DNA of 64,000 nucleotides from Octopus vulgaris (GCA_951406725.2 OX597814.1:135656001-135720000); one strand, 5' to 3'. Numbered from the stretch's first letter, positions 50,005 through 63,459 are shown. The notes: generated from the letters alone by a model not told the origin. Made by a program: numbers and translations.

Positions 50005-53000
50005 TGTAAGGCAAAATCAGTTGGTGAAAAGGGACGAACAGAAACGACCAGAGGCAGACAACCATTGGAATCTGACGGCCAAACAATTGGCCGCTATGAT
50101 ACAACTTACCTCTGCTCTCTTTCTCACTTCCATTGGCTCATCTTTCTCTTCTAACAAACATGCTACTAGAATGACAAGAACATATACACACTTATACAAG
50201 GAGAAATTAACTCTCAATTATATTATACACGCCCGCAGCCTTGTTTACCCTACTGGATGATATTGTTACGTCGTGCGCGCAAGCCCTAGGCCTTCCGATG
50301 CCACCACATGGCCCTCACGCCGGGAACAGTCCGCTTGCGACGGCGCTCAGTAAACCGGAAATCCACCACGGGAAGGGGGGAAGGCGGCGAACGCAGCCAG
50401 GAACCAACACAACAACAAAAGAAGAGACACACAGGTGGAAGCTGCGTAATTCAAACAATTTTTTTTTCAAAACAAAACCATTCAAAACAAAGGTTGACAA
50501 CATTTGTTCGGAGAACAAATCATTTGCATTTAAACATAATACAGAGTTCGAAAAACAAACCATTTAACATTTGACACAATACAGTTCGATTTTTCAAGAC
50601 AACTCATTTTTTACATTTAACATAAAGTTCACAATCAACAGTCTCTTAGAGCTTCACTTTCCTCCTTTTTTTTTTTTAACACCACAGTTCTCAAAAAGGT
50701 TCCTTCTCCTTTTAAAAACATTTCCAATTTCTTTTTTTTTTCCTTTTCTTTTCTCTTAAAAACAGCCAACAGCACGCTCTTTTTTTCTTTTCAACGGTTA
50801 CGTCAGAGCCTCTCTCTTTTTTTCATTTCAACGACACATCGTCTCTTTTCTTCTTTTTTTTACATTTAAGCAAACACAACGTTTTTCTTTTTTTCATTTA
50901 AACATCAGAATTCAAAACATACGGAAAACAACATTACCAGAGCATTTGTTTCTTAACTCGCGTCCGCAACAATTCTTAACATCACAAACTCCCACTATAA
51001 CAACTTGCCTGCCGCTCGTTGTCATCTCTGTCTCTACCGTCTCTCGTCCCCGCCATCTCCAACTGCACCTGTCTGTCTCTGGCCATCATCATCTCCAACT
51101 CACTCCCTGGTCCCGGTCTCCGCTCACACTGACCCTCTCTCGCCGACTGACTTTTCAACCTAATGCTATCCGTGTTTATAACGGGTAGCAGCTAGAAGAG
51201 AAATGTCGATGACAGCAGTGTGTAGATCCCTCCCCAACATTTTATTTTTTTCAAACTTTCCGTGACCGTGCGGGGGCCATAGATCACTTCAGATGATCAT
51301 TAATTATCGTGCTCTTTGACAGGACAAAGGAAATACCATTGTCCTGAACAGCTGGAGCGCCGGTTCGATTCCAACTAATGGAACAAGGAGCATAATGTTT
51401 TTTTGTTCGTTTACATTTTCCTTGCGTCCATAACAATATATTTAAACAACGTTTCCTTAAAAGTCTCCCTCCCAACAAACAAATCATACTAGCATCTACC
51501 AAAGAATCAGGCTCAATTAATGAACTAGCCGAGATAGCAGACAGAATCCACTGAGGCGGTTAACCCGTTTTCGACGATGGCTCCGATAGCATCTTCCATC
51601 TTTTGCTGTTTCCTCAGATTCATCCTAACTGCTAGAGCTGCGTGCGCTCTTGACGCAACAAGGCGCGCAAATACAAATTCTTTCAACGCAATTGCAAGGG
51701 CTGACATGTCGCAGCTGCTCACCACTCAACTATAATCAACCTTGGCGCTTTAATAAACGATTTTTCAAGGAGCCCTAGCACCACTCGGCGATCTCCTCGG
51801 TTTTGCTTCTTTCACTATAAATATGGCAAACATGCGCGTTCCTGCAAGCTACCCTGTTTGTTCAACATAAATACCCTTGCCAGTCGCAAAACAACCAAGC
51901 CAGGTTATAGGGTCGATGAATGCTCCTGGCGCAGATAAACAAAGCCGCCTTTTCTTTATCAACGATCGTGTAACAGGTACCCGTTTCCTCGTAGATAAAG
52001 TTAGCATCGTCCTCGCCTCACTAATCTCAGGTCATAGAAAGCAAACACCGACCTTTCTTCGGGCTATTAATCAATCGCCTATCCAGACTTTTGGTGAGTA
52101 GTCCTTCACATTAAATTTAGGCCTTCGTCGGATTTTCGTCGTTGCTAAATTACCCACTCTAATTATAGGCGCTGAATTTTTGCATCACTTCAGCCTTCTG
52201 GTCGACGTCAAGCGAGGCAGATTCTTCAATACTACAACTAATTTCCCTGCGCGCGGTATAACCGCGCGTATGTCCACAGTAGGCCCTGTCATGTTACGTT
52301 CAAAAACTAGCCGATACTAAGATGTTTTTCTGTCAATACTCGGACATCACCCGACCACTGTTCCAAAACAAGGACATCAAACACGGGGTTACGTACCATA
52401 TTAAAATCATCGGCCCACCTGTTGCCTGGCGACCGCGAAGACTGCCTCCTAACTGCTTGCGGGTCGCTAAATAAGAGTTCCAACACATGTTAGACAGAGG
52501 ATCATTCAACCATCCAGCAGCAGTTGGTCCACTCCACTCCATTTACTACCCAAGAAAGAGATGAACGGCTGGTTCCCTTGCGGAAACTTCAGAGCCCTCA
52601 ACAACGCTACAGTGCCTGACAAGTATCCCATACCACACTTTAACGATTTTTCCAGCTCGCTGAACGGAGCACGGATTTTCTCGAAAATCGATCTTGTGCG
52701 GGCCTCCAATCAGATACCTTGCTGATGTTCCGAAAACAGCAATCGCCACGCTCTTCGAACCATTCAAGTTTTTGCGGATGCCCTTCGGCCTCCGTAACGC
52801 AGCACAGGCATTTCAACACTTTATAGACAGTCACAGGGCTTTACCGTTCGTTTACGCTTACATCAACGATATGTTGGTGGCGAATAAGTCTGAAGTTGAA
52901 CAAGAGGTATATTTACATCAACTGTCTAGTACAGTGCTTTTCAAACTTTTTGCTGGAGCGGAACCCCAAGGAAACATTCCACTGGCTCAAGGAACCCCTG

Positions 53001-53740
53001 TGCAATAATTTAATAGTCTTATGCACACATATCTGCACAGGAGAATTAAAAATTACTGCCGATTTTAGCAGTTTTGTAACTTCTTGCGGAACCCTGGTTG
53101 AAAACCACTGGTCTAGTAGTTAGCTGGGTACAGCATTGTAATCAGCACCAGTAAATATTTTCGGTGTCTCGTCTCTCCCATTCCTCAGCCATATTGTCGA
53201 CAAATTCGTCCCCTTCCGGAAAAGGTGGAGGCGATAGTAAATTTCCCTATCTCTAAGTTGCTCTGGAAACTGCGCGAATTTTTGGGATTGATTAATTTTA
53301 CCGGCGTTTCCTTCCACACTGCTCCAAAGCAACTCAGCTGCTCACAAAATGAAGTAACTCAGCGCAACCAAACGAAGAAGTGACAAGCTATAACGTTAGG
53401 TGACGCAGAGCTGGCCTCCTTCAATAAACTAAAGGATATGCTAGTTTACTCCAAACCTGGTGCTCCACTTACTTTACTGGTTGACGCGTCCCTGCCCGGA
53501 GTCGGTGGTGTTTTTCAGCAGTTGGTGGATAGCGTTTGGTAACCATTATCCTTCTTCCCCAAACGACTTCAGCTCGCTGAGGCTAAATACAGTACTTTTG
53601 GGCGTAAGCTCCTGGCAGCGTATCTGTCCGTTAAGAACTTCCGCTATATGTCAGTATTTACATGGACCATAAACTAACTGCTCGTATGTGCCTTCAGAAC
53701 AAAAACATGATCGTCATTCTCCGAGAGAAGTCCGTCACCG
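50005..53740 (+). mobile_element. Ty3/Gypsy CsRn1-like element, decayed gag-PR-RT-RNase H, 3'-truncated
   Basis: Gag CFFHYKYGKHARSCKLPC (CHCC, ~51804-51857), SRLFFINDRVTGTRFLVD, GPPVAWRPRRLPP, RALNNATVPDKYPIPH, MPFGLRNAAQAFQ, YAYINDMLVA, LLVDAS, AEAKYSTFGRKLLA; 5' boundary (tgtaagg...ataca, 50005-50229) tentative. Confidence 0.85.
52932..53110. mobile_element. hAT/Charlie MITE inserted in the Gypsy RT
   Basis: TIR cagtgcttttcaa / ttgaaaaccactg; perfect 8-bp TSD GTCTAGTA. Confidence 0.92.
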
Positions 53741-54259
53741 TAAGAATGTCGGACTGAACGCTTTGTGATATTTGTTCCAAATTTTTTTTTTTTTTTTTTT
53801 GTGTCCTGAGTTCAAATCGTGCTATGGTCTACTTAGGTATTAGACTTGACTCGTTGCCTGGTTTAAAACCACCACCTGACGCTTTAAGTGCCATTCTGTT
53901 GTAAACATTTGAGTCACGTTTCTGGTTTGAGGATACCTTCCTCCTTCCCTCCTACCCATATATTTGTTTTAGGGACGCTATAAGTGGTCATGGATACCTC
54001 TGTAAGGACCGTGGGGTGATGAGAATAGCTCTTTAGTACATCATACGGTCGATACAATAAATATTAATTGAATAGTACATATAAGTGCCAGAGGCAAAAG
54101 GGAGACACAACTGCATAGAATGAGAACAAAGTGTACGTGTGTGCGTAAGCATAAAAGTATGCACGTTTGTTAAGTACATATAAGAATAGCAATGAAGAAA
54201 AAGCCAGTGATAGAGTCTACAGCTATCGAAGTGAGAGGTTCATAGATACAAAGATGAGA

Positions 54260-54910
54260 ATACCAGATCTACATTTTTCTGACACATTCTCTCCATATAT
54301 AGTTTTTATCAAGTTGTTTGTTTTTATCACTCAATCTTGTGTTTGCTACAATTAGGCTCTCTGCTTCTCTTTTTAATTACCCCTTTTTTAACTAAGCCCA
54401 GAGTTTTGTTCCACTTACATCATCAGTGACTCTCCAAAATTGACCATGCAGAGATTTCTCTTCAATTTGTCTGGTGTGCTCTCATTGTATTTCATTCTTG
54501 TCCTTTTCTCTTATTATGTGCTTGATCACCTGTTCTTTATTCACTGTCTTTAATAGTTTTTCTGTGTTGCTCTGTAAATATTCTACTCGGCTTTTTCTTT
54601 CCATCTGTACACATTCTTCTGCTATTAAACCTTTCCGCCCTGGTCTCTCCTCAAGTACAGCCAGATGTCATCAGCTTTTGGATACATTGTCAACAACTTT
54701 CTAGTTTTTCTGTCAACTTTCTTCATAACATTTTTGGTCCAGTCTATAATTCCAACTCCATATCTGTTTAAGGATACTGCTCTTGAATTTATTGCTTCAA
54801 TAAGATTTTTTGAATTCAGCTTTAACTGCAATAATTTTCTCACTCTCCTTGTTTACTCCCTACTGGTAATTTGTTTCACTTCATTTTTTTTATTTCGTCT
54901 CCTTCCAGTA
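54260..54910 (-). pseudogene. Dong/R4-clade non-LTR retrotransposon fragment
   Basis: KLNSKNLIEAINSRAVSLNRYGVGIIDWTK..KKVDRKTRKLLTM..LYLRRDQGG; downstream EKSLHGQF and ENVSEKCR. Confidence 0.85.
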
Positions 54911-54918
54911 TTCCCAAG

Positions 54919-55800
54919 TATGATACCATGCAAAAGTCTTCAGCCACTTTAAGCTGTTGTAAATTTCTACTAATTGCCAACTTATAAGTGTATGTTTTGA
55001 ATTCCTTTTTTTTACAGATGAAATATTGGCCCTGTTGGAGTCATTTCTGTACTTTATCATTATATTTTGTAGTAGGAGTTCTGAAGAGAAGGAAAGATGT
55101 GAGACAACCACCAAAAATGGCCATGCAAAAGTTTTCAGCCACCTCATATAAACCAATAATGATGCAGTGTTTTAAAACAGAAAAATGTCTATAATCAAAA
55201 TTTATTACATAATGTTTGTTTCAAGAAGTTACTGTAAATTGTTTAATATTTCGTGTGGCTTCCCTTAGCTTGAATAATTGCTTCAATGCTCCTGGGAAGA
55301 GATGCGTACAAATTCTTCACCATCTTCACAGGTAGGAGATGTCAGTGGCTGAGCTCCCACAGCTCTTCAAGATCAGGTTGAATTCTTCTGACGAACTCTT
55401 CTCTTTAGTTCTGACCACATTTGCTTGATGATATTTAAGTCAGGGCTCTAAGCTGGTCAATCTTTCAATACAGTAACATCTTCATCAGCCAGACTCTATT
55501 GTGTAGCACACCATCTGTGGCATGGAACTCTTTCATGCTGAAAAATTTCACCTTCATCCAAGTCTGGTATCAAATTGTCTTTCAGCCACTGGATGTATTT
55601 GGCACTATTCAAGTTACCATCAATTTTAACCAACTTTCTTGAACCATCACTTTTTATGTATCCCAAAAGTATCAGACTCTTACCCCCAAACTTCACTGTT
55701 TTTTTTTTTTTTCGTGCAATGTAGATCGTTTTGTTTTCTAATAAGCAAGAATTTGTCAGAAGGCCTCCAGGAAATGCTTAAAATTTCATTCATCTTCATA
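54919..55800 (-). mobile_element. Tc1-family transposon 3' half (IR/DR-type end), dead transposase
   Basis: VKFGGKSL..GYI...IDGNLNSAKYIQ..FQHE.VPCH...SPDLNII; direct repeat tgcaaaagt(c/t)ttcagccac at ~54929 and ~55124. Confidence 0.85.
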
Positions 55801-56422
55801 TTCTAAGTTCAAATTCCTTGGAGGTCAACTTTGCCTTTCATCCTTTCGGGGTCAATAAAATTAGTACCAGTTGAACACTGGGTTGATGTCATTGACTTAC
55901 CTACTTCTCTTAAACTTGCTGACCATGTGCCAAAATTTGAAACCAATATCTTTTTGTGGAATTTTTCAAGTAAAGCAAAACAAAAGTAGTAAGGCAACAT
56001 AGTTTGACGGTGGGGATGGTGTCTCAAGTAATTTACTTGTTATCTTAAAGAACTAGGTCAACAGCATGGGTCTCTTTCAGTCTGGACAACTTAGGAGCTA
56101 CTGTTTTATAGACTGGCTGTGTTTTACTTGGCTTCTTTTTGAATGAGGTCAATAAAATTTCACTTTTCAAGGTATACAGAAGACAGTGATCCAATGATGG
56201 AACCTTTATTTGGTTGCTTGGATTGCTAGAAGTAACCAAATATCAACTCAAATTACACCCAATCAACTTCAGAAAGAAGTGTACCCAATGCATGTACAAT
56301 TACGTTATCTTATGTCTGAAATTAAAATGGATTAATTTGTGGTTAAACAACAATAGTAGCTATTCAATGGAATTTATTTCTGAAATTTCCTGTGAAATAA
56401 ATGTCATGTTATCCAACAACAG

Positions 56423-56489
56423 ACAAGCACTTCCAGTTTCTTCACTTGAAATCTTATCTCTTGTTAAAATGAATAAGAAGTTATCTCAG
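56423..56489 (+). other. Candidate exon with possible start codon (MNKKLSQ...)
   Basis: caacaacag| acceptor, CAG|gtataa donor, ATG at 56469 in frame to a phase-0 donor. Confidence 0.2.
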
Positions 56490-56819
56490 GTATAAGTTTC
56501 ATTACAGTCACCTAAACTATATTAAGATTGTCCCAATTAGAAGAAGCAGGAAGATAGTAAACTTGACCTAATTAGATTTTATTTTAGGAGCTTGTGTTAC
56601 TTTGCTTCCTTCCTCAGTTCACTAGTTACCAGCATACTATAATTTGTTCGTTTTCTATAGAAGTAGCTGAATTTGAGACAATTCTCTTTAATACCTAGGA
56701 AGATTTATAGAAATATTAAATCAATCCAGTATTTGACTGGTTATGCTGAATCTCCCTGAGAACTATGTTAAGAATACATGTCTGTGGAGTATTCAGCCAC
56801 ATGCGTGTTAATTTCACAA

Positions 56820-57125
56820 AGGCATAGTGGTTAGGGTATTCGGCTCATGATCGCACGGGCGTAAGTTCGATTCCTGGTGACACATTGTGTCCTTAAACAA
56901 GGCACTTTATTTCACATTCCTCCAGTCCACTCAGCTGTCAAAAATGAGTAGTACCAGTATTTCAAAGGGTCTTGTCACATTCTGTGTTATTCTGAATCTC
57001 CTTGAGAATTATATTAAAGATACATGTGTCAGTGGAGTGCTCAGCCACATGTATGTTAATTTCATGAGCAGCCTGTTCCATTGATTGGGTCAACTGGAAC
57101 CTTCATCGTTGTAACTGACGGAGTA
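56820..57125 (+). mobile_element. tRNA-derived SINE family C
   Basis: tagtggttagggt...aagttcgattcc...gtgtccttaaacaaggcact. Confidence 0.75.
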
Positions 57126-58679
57126 ATTTCATAGCTTCAAGATTTCAATGAAGTGTTTCTTTACTTTTAAAATGACATTGTAGTTAGGTGTCAGAGGCCA
57201 GATATGGCTGGTTTGAACATAGAACAAATAGGATATTTTGGTTGGATATGGCTGGTTTAAATGCTAAAGAGTTGAAGTAAACTGCATAAAATTAAAAATT
57301 TAATGTGCAGTGATGTTATGAAGGGCATCCTGCCATAGAAACCATGCCAAAGCTGACACTCGAGCTCAATGGCATCCTGCAGCTCACCAAATCCTGTCAA
57401 ACCATCCAATCCATACCAGCACGGAAAGTAGATGTTAAATGATAATGATGATGGTGGTGGTTATGGTGACGGTGAGGCAATATAAAAAAACATTGATATG
57501 TGAATTGATAACACTCAAGAAAGTGGGCCAATACATTCTTTATCTGGCTCTATGCAAATATGCATTATAGAACCAGAGATGGTCATATATGGACTGGTAT
57601 TAAAAGGGCTAAATTCAGTTTCAATGAAATAAGTACTGATGATATATATATACTAGGATCAATTTTTCCATTCCCTTATGAATTTCTGGGCTTGTGTTAG
57701 AATTTATCAGCATTTTACATCCACTTTCCCATACTGTTATTGGTTGGACAGTTTTTCTGAGGCAATATTTTTATGGCTGGATGCTTTTCCTATAACCAAC
57801 CCTTTTAGTCACTTCTTATGGTAAGCAAAGACATATTGTACTTATTCTAAAACTGAAATACACTTGTGCCAAAATTACATATTGTTATATATACCCAGGA
57901 CCTGTAAAAGGTGGGGTTCAAGATTCAACTGATACATTGGTTTGGAGCCCAGGAAGTTAAGGAGAGACCCATGGTTTACTGATCCCTCCCAACAGGAAAA
58001 AAAAAACACAGTAAGACCATTTATCAGTTTAGATGTTACATAGGATGAGTGCCAAACTAAAAGAAAACAAATCATTTGTTCACAAACATTTTGCATATAA
58101 ATTTAGGCCCATAGTTGTGTGATTAAGAAATTTGCTTCCTGACCACATAACTTCAAGTTCAGTCCTGATTGGCACCTTGGGTGTCTACTACAATAGCCTT
58201 GGGCCAACCAAAACCATGTGAGTAGATTTGGTAGGCAGAAACTGTAAACAACTCAACGAATTTCTCTCTCTCTTTCTATCTGTCTATCTATTCTTTACAA
58301 ATAGAGCAGAATAGTTCTAAAAGTATAAAAATATGGGATGGCTATGGTAAGAATGCTTTGATCATAAGTCTGCTAGAAAGAACATCATATAAACTGAAAA
58401 TAACAGTGATGTCATATGTATTTCTTTTGTAACCATAGGCATGGCTTAGGGCTCAGCTATAGCTGAGTAGTCAAGAAGTTTGCTTCACAAATATGTTTTG
58501 TATTCACTCCTATTGTGTAAAACTTTGGGTAAGTGTCTTCAACTCTAGCCTCCAGCAAACCAAAAATTTGTGAGTGGATTTGGTGGATGGAAACTGAAAG
58601 ATGACCATCCCTAAGTATAACAATATCTGTTTCAACACACATTTTCACATCAAGAATCTTGCAAAATAAATACATATAA

Positions 58680-58912
58680 ATATTTTTTTATTGCTCACAG
58701 GGGGCTAAACACAGAGGGAACAAACAAGGACAGACAAAGGGATTAAGTCAATTACATTGACCCCAGTGTGTAACTGGTACTTATTTAATTAACCCTGAAA
58801 GAATGGAAGGCAAAGTCAACCTCGGCAGAATTTGAACTGAGAACATAACGGCAAACGAAATACCGCTAAGCATTTTGCCCAGCATGCTAACGATTCTGCC
58901 AGCTCGCCGCCA
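58680..58912 (-). mobile_element. SINE family A (CpG-decayed), followed by a SINE D at 58933-59103
   Basis: Matches 23016-23248 with CpG-to-TpG/CpA changes. Confidence 0.85.
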
Positions 58913-59448
58913 TAAAGTTTATACATATATATGCCGGTGCCACATAAAAAGCACCCACTACACTCTTGGAGGGGTTAGGAAGGGCATCTAGCAGTAGAAA
59001 CCTTGCCAGATCAGATTGGAATCTGGTGCAGCCTCCTGGCTTGCCAGTCCTCAGTCAAACCGTCCAACCCATGCCAGCATGGAAAGTAGACATTAAATGA
59101 TGATATATATATATTTATATATAATGGACTCTCCCATCGAAGATGATGTATGAGTGTTCAGCTTTTCCTGAACGACCTGCACAAACAATTTGTTTATAGT
59201 GATGAAATATTTATGCCACACATTAGCTCACTCCCTCCATCAAATCAACATTGTCTCAACAGGTGCACTGTGTACAATGTGTCAGGTGTCAAAATGATTG
59301 CAGACCAACATGAGATGAAGTGTTTTGCTCAAGAATACAACACACCACTTGGTCGAGGAGTTAAAATTCCAATCTAGCAATCATGAGTGCAACACCCTAA
59401 CTACTAGGCCATGCACCCTCAATAATAATAATAATAATAATAATAATA

Positions 59449-60300
59449 TTCGTATTTCGTAATTCATGTTGTTTACGTTTTGTGATGTCCTGTACCCATA
59501 TATTTATATACATGTGTATGTATATATATATATATATTATTTATATTATTATATGAGTGAACACCACGCATTCATTTCCAAGTTTATGTTAATAATTTTG
59601 ATGCGACTCTACCCTGTAGTTCTCTTCCTTTCTCTAATTCTTTTTTCTTTCCTCTCCCCTTTTCGTTTCTTCTCTCTCATCCTTTCTTTAATTCTTTTTA
59701 TTCTCCCCTTCACTGTTTTCTGTCTCTCTCTCTCTCCCTCTTCCTCCTTTACTTTCTCTCGTTCACACGTGACCATCATCCATCTTTTTTTCCCTCACAT
59801 GAACATCTTTCTTTTCCTTCAGTCTGTCACACAGACCAGATGCATTCTTATCTGTCTCCTCTTCTATCTTTTATCTTGTCAAAGAATATTCCTCCAGCAT
59901 TCGCTACCTACCTCATCTAGCCTAAAAGCCCTCCATGTTTGTTTTTGTTTGGTTTGTTGTATGTCTCCACTGCCCTGTTTTTTGTTACCAACTTTGACTC
60001 TTGGCAAATCCCAAATTTTATTTTGGTTCGTGGGAGCGACTGCCTTTCGAAGCCTCATATTGTCGTTAATTGCTTGAAATGTGGAGAAGATGAATAGCTG
60101 ATAACTGATGAAGGGTCATTCTTTATGTTGTCTTGTTTTCCATTTCTCTTATTGTTCACATACCCAAGTTTGCCTTTGCATTTCATGTTGTTTTCGTATT
60201 TCGTAATTCACGTTGTTTTCATATTTCATGTTGTTTACCTTTTGCGACGTCCTGTAACCATATGCATATATATGTACATATATGAATGTATATATGCATA
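59449..60300 (+). repeat. Tandemly duplicated repeat unit, possibly Penelope-like
   Basis: ttcgtatttcgtaattca.gttgttt...tgtcctgta.ccatat at ~59449 and ~60193; ctgatgaagg at ~60105. Confidence 0.4.
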
Positions 60301-60365
60301 TATATATATATATTTTATTTATATGTGTGTGTATATATATATATTATATATATACACATTTTATT

Positions 60366-60445
<80 letters not shown>

Positions 60446-60738
60446 AAATTAAATAAATGACAACAGAATAAGAAATTCTCATAAACTTCATTAGCTTACA
60501 GTTGTTTCTGCTATAAGTTGCAAGCACTCAAGGTTGAGTGCTTGTGAATTACCCTATAACTTCGTCAGAGCTTCAAAAATTAAGTGCAATTTTATCTGGG
60601 AAAGCATTTAAGTTTATATTTATACAGAAAGCATTACCATTGAAAAAGGTATAAACATATGTAGGAAATGAAGTATGGAGTTTGAGGGGAAGAAGCCCTT
60701 CCCAGAAATATGAAATGGTGACATTCATTTAAAACTAT

Positions 60739-60793
<55 letters not shown>

Positions 60794-61136
60794 TCATCCT
60801 CATCGTTTATCATGTTTTCATGCTCGTATGGGTTGGACAGTTTGACCAGAGCTGACAGGCAGGAGGGCTGTACAGGTTCTAGTCTGATTTGGCTTGGTTT
60901 TTATAGCTGGGTACCCTTTCAAATGCCAACCACTTTATAGTGTGCATTGGGTGCTTTTAACATGGCACCAGCAAAGGGCTCTTGCAGGCCAAGTTTCTTC
61001 ATCAAGAGGAGCAGCCTTAACACTTCTGCTGTGGAAGACAGGTCTTCTTGAGTACAAGGCACCAGATATCTTGGTCTTTTGTCATTTCCTTTGAAAGGTT
61101 TGGTGAGTTGAAGTTGTCCTCATATATATGTATGTA

Positions 61137-62714
61137 CACATTGTTTCCTTTTACTATGCAGGTCAATAATTCCTCAATGAAATAAAAAACCCTTATCTGA
61201 TTTTCTTAAAAACTTTACAGGATATGTAGGATTATGTATCCCATGTCTCATGTACTTTTTGTCTAAATCAGTGTACATTTAAAGCAGAAATGAAGAAAAA
61301 CATGTTTATAGGGTGTTTCTTTTTATTATGCAAGTTAACAAGATACTGCTTTCCCCCATGTGATATGTGGTTTTGAAATGTTTTTTTTCTGAATTTCAGA
61401 TACAGAATATATAGAAATGGGTCAAAGTAAAGACACAAAATCAAAGGAGAAGAAAGAAATAGTGAAACTACTGGGAGAAGTGGGTACAAGTGTAATTTCT
61501 AAAAAGCTAAATAGAGATCACAGAACAATAAAAAAAAAACAGGTACAAAAAATAGAGATATTAAGAATAAGGAAGAAAACAGGTTTCAAGAACATCACAA
61601 ATAGAGATAAGAGAAAACTCAAAAGAATTATGTGTAAGGAAAGTGGGTTAACCAGCAAACAAATCTTTGTTGTATCTCTAACATACAAAGGAAAAAACAT
61701 TGCACAATACTAAATGAAATAGGCAAAGTCATAAATTTCACAAAATTGCCTCCTTTAAATAAAGTACACAAAGAAAAAAAGAATGGCATGGGCAAAAAGA
61801 TATATGAAGGCAGACTTTACAAATGTAATTTCTACTGATGAATGCAGAGCAACATTAGATGGATCTGATAGATGGGCAAGAAGCTGGGTGTTATATGGAA
61901 AAAGTCAACCAATACGATTAAGAAGACAGCAGGGTGGTAGAGGAATCATGTTTTGGGCTGGTATAGTTGGGGGAGACATTAGAAGTCCATTTAAGGCTGT
62001 TGATGGAGTCGAGATGACAACTTCTTCCATTGGTACAAGTCAACACTGTGAAGTTTCAAGTTAAAGAGCATATTTATGCATAATAATGCCCCTTCACACT
62101 CTGCCAAAATCACTATTAACCATTTAGCTAAGAAAGGTTTCAAACAGCATAAGATTAATGAAATGGCCCCCACCCCACCCCAATCTCAAGCTCTAAACCT
62201 AACAGAGAATTTGTGGTCAGTTTTAAAATAAATGTATATTCTAATGGTAAACAATATCTAAACAAGGATTTACTATGGGAAGCAAAAAACACTGTTGCAA
62301 GTAATATTGAAAGTGAGATTGTTGAGAAATTGATAAAATCAGTTGAGAGAATATTTAAAGTTATATATGGTAAAGGAGGTTATGTAAAGGTGTAAAATAT
62401 ATACATAATTGTTTGTAAATATAATTATATGGTGGAAGATCATCATCATCATCAATGGTCAGGTTATGTATTGTTCTATATGTAAATCACATTACATGTA
62501 GTTTATATATTTGTTAAATTGCATAATAAAAAGAAACACCCAAATGTGCTTTTCTTCATTTCCATTTTAAATGTACAGTGATTTAGACAAAAAGTACACA
62601 AGACATGGGATACATAACCCTACATATCCTGTAAAAATTTCAAAAAAATGGGGCAAAGGGTTCTGATTTTCTTGAGGCATGATTGACTGGCATAATAAAA
62701 GGAAATATAATGTA
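61137..62714 (+). mobile_element. Full-length Tc1-like transposon, TRT/DD37E-like, with ~200-bp TIRs
   Basis: Inverted arms ~61137-61340 and ~62511-62714, TA-flanked. Confidence 0.9.
61417..62395 (+). pseudogene. Frameshifted DD37E-like transposase
   Basis: MGQSKD..ISKKLNRDHRTIKK; TDECRATLDGSDRW; RLRRQQGGRGIMFWAGI; FMHNNAPSH; ENLWS; KVIYGKGGYVKV. Confidence 0.85.
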
Positions 62715-63245
62715 TATGTAACAGTTGTTAATGAATATCACCATCATACATGTGTCCTTAATTTCTCATCTCCCATGAAAACATGTCAAGCCATGAGGAA
62801 ATTATTATCTTGTTTGAAAATGGGTAAGGGTTGGCGACAGGAAGAGCATCCAGCCATAAAAACTCTGCCTCAATAAATTATATTAACCCATACAAGCATG
62901 GTAAAATGAGCATTAAACCAATGGGGACAATGATAATAGTGAGTCACAATTGTGTTGCTTGATGATACCCAACAGTTTTGTCAAACTTACCTAAGAGGTA
63001 CTTTATATTTAAATATGTCATATAAGAGATACTTAGTTTTACTCTCTAGTTATTTTTATTGTAACATCTCAGTAATACAAACTATTTTCATTCCAATATC
63101 TAGCATCTTTAAAACGTCTTCCTTTTCTGGTCATTTCAACATGCTTTGACCATTTAATTCAGATACACTTTTTTTCTCTCACTCATCTATCCTTTCCATA
63201 GAAGAGCATAGGCTCAACACTTCTTTCATTTTTCCTGAGTGTTAA

Positions 63246-63459
63246 CCCATTGCAGATGGGAAGTGGTATTCACCACATTGAAATACTGTGTGTGTGAGCA
63301 GTGCAATGTCTCACTCTGTGCAGCACCGTAGTTTCAAATATATCACACTGAGAAGAATCATTAAATACACTATAAAATTCCTTGTATGAAATAAGTTACT
63401 GAATGGCCTAATACTGATACACAGCACAGACTGTCAGTACTAAATCCATCTGCAAGGGG
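63246..63459. mobile_element. piggyBac MITE
   Basis: TTAA TSDs; TIR cccattgcagatgg / ccatctgcaagggg. Confidence 0.88.

Noticed and set aside
54001-54221. Possible 3' LTR of the Gypsy element (tgtaagg...ctaca)
   Set aside because: Shares only the first 7 bases with 50005-50229; no TSD, PPT or integrase before it
59466-60077. 203-aa hydrophobic ORF, the longest in the track
   Set aside because: Produced by T/C-rich low-complexity repeat sequence; no domain recognised
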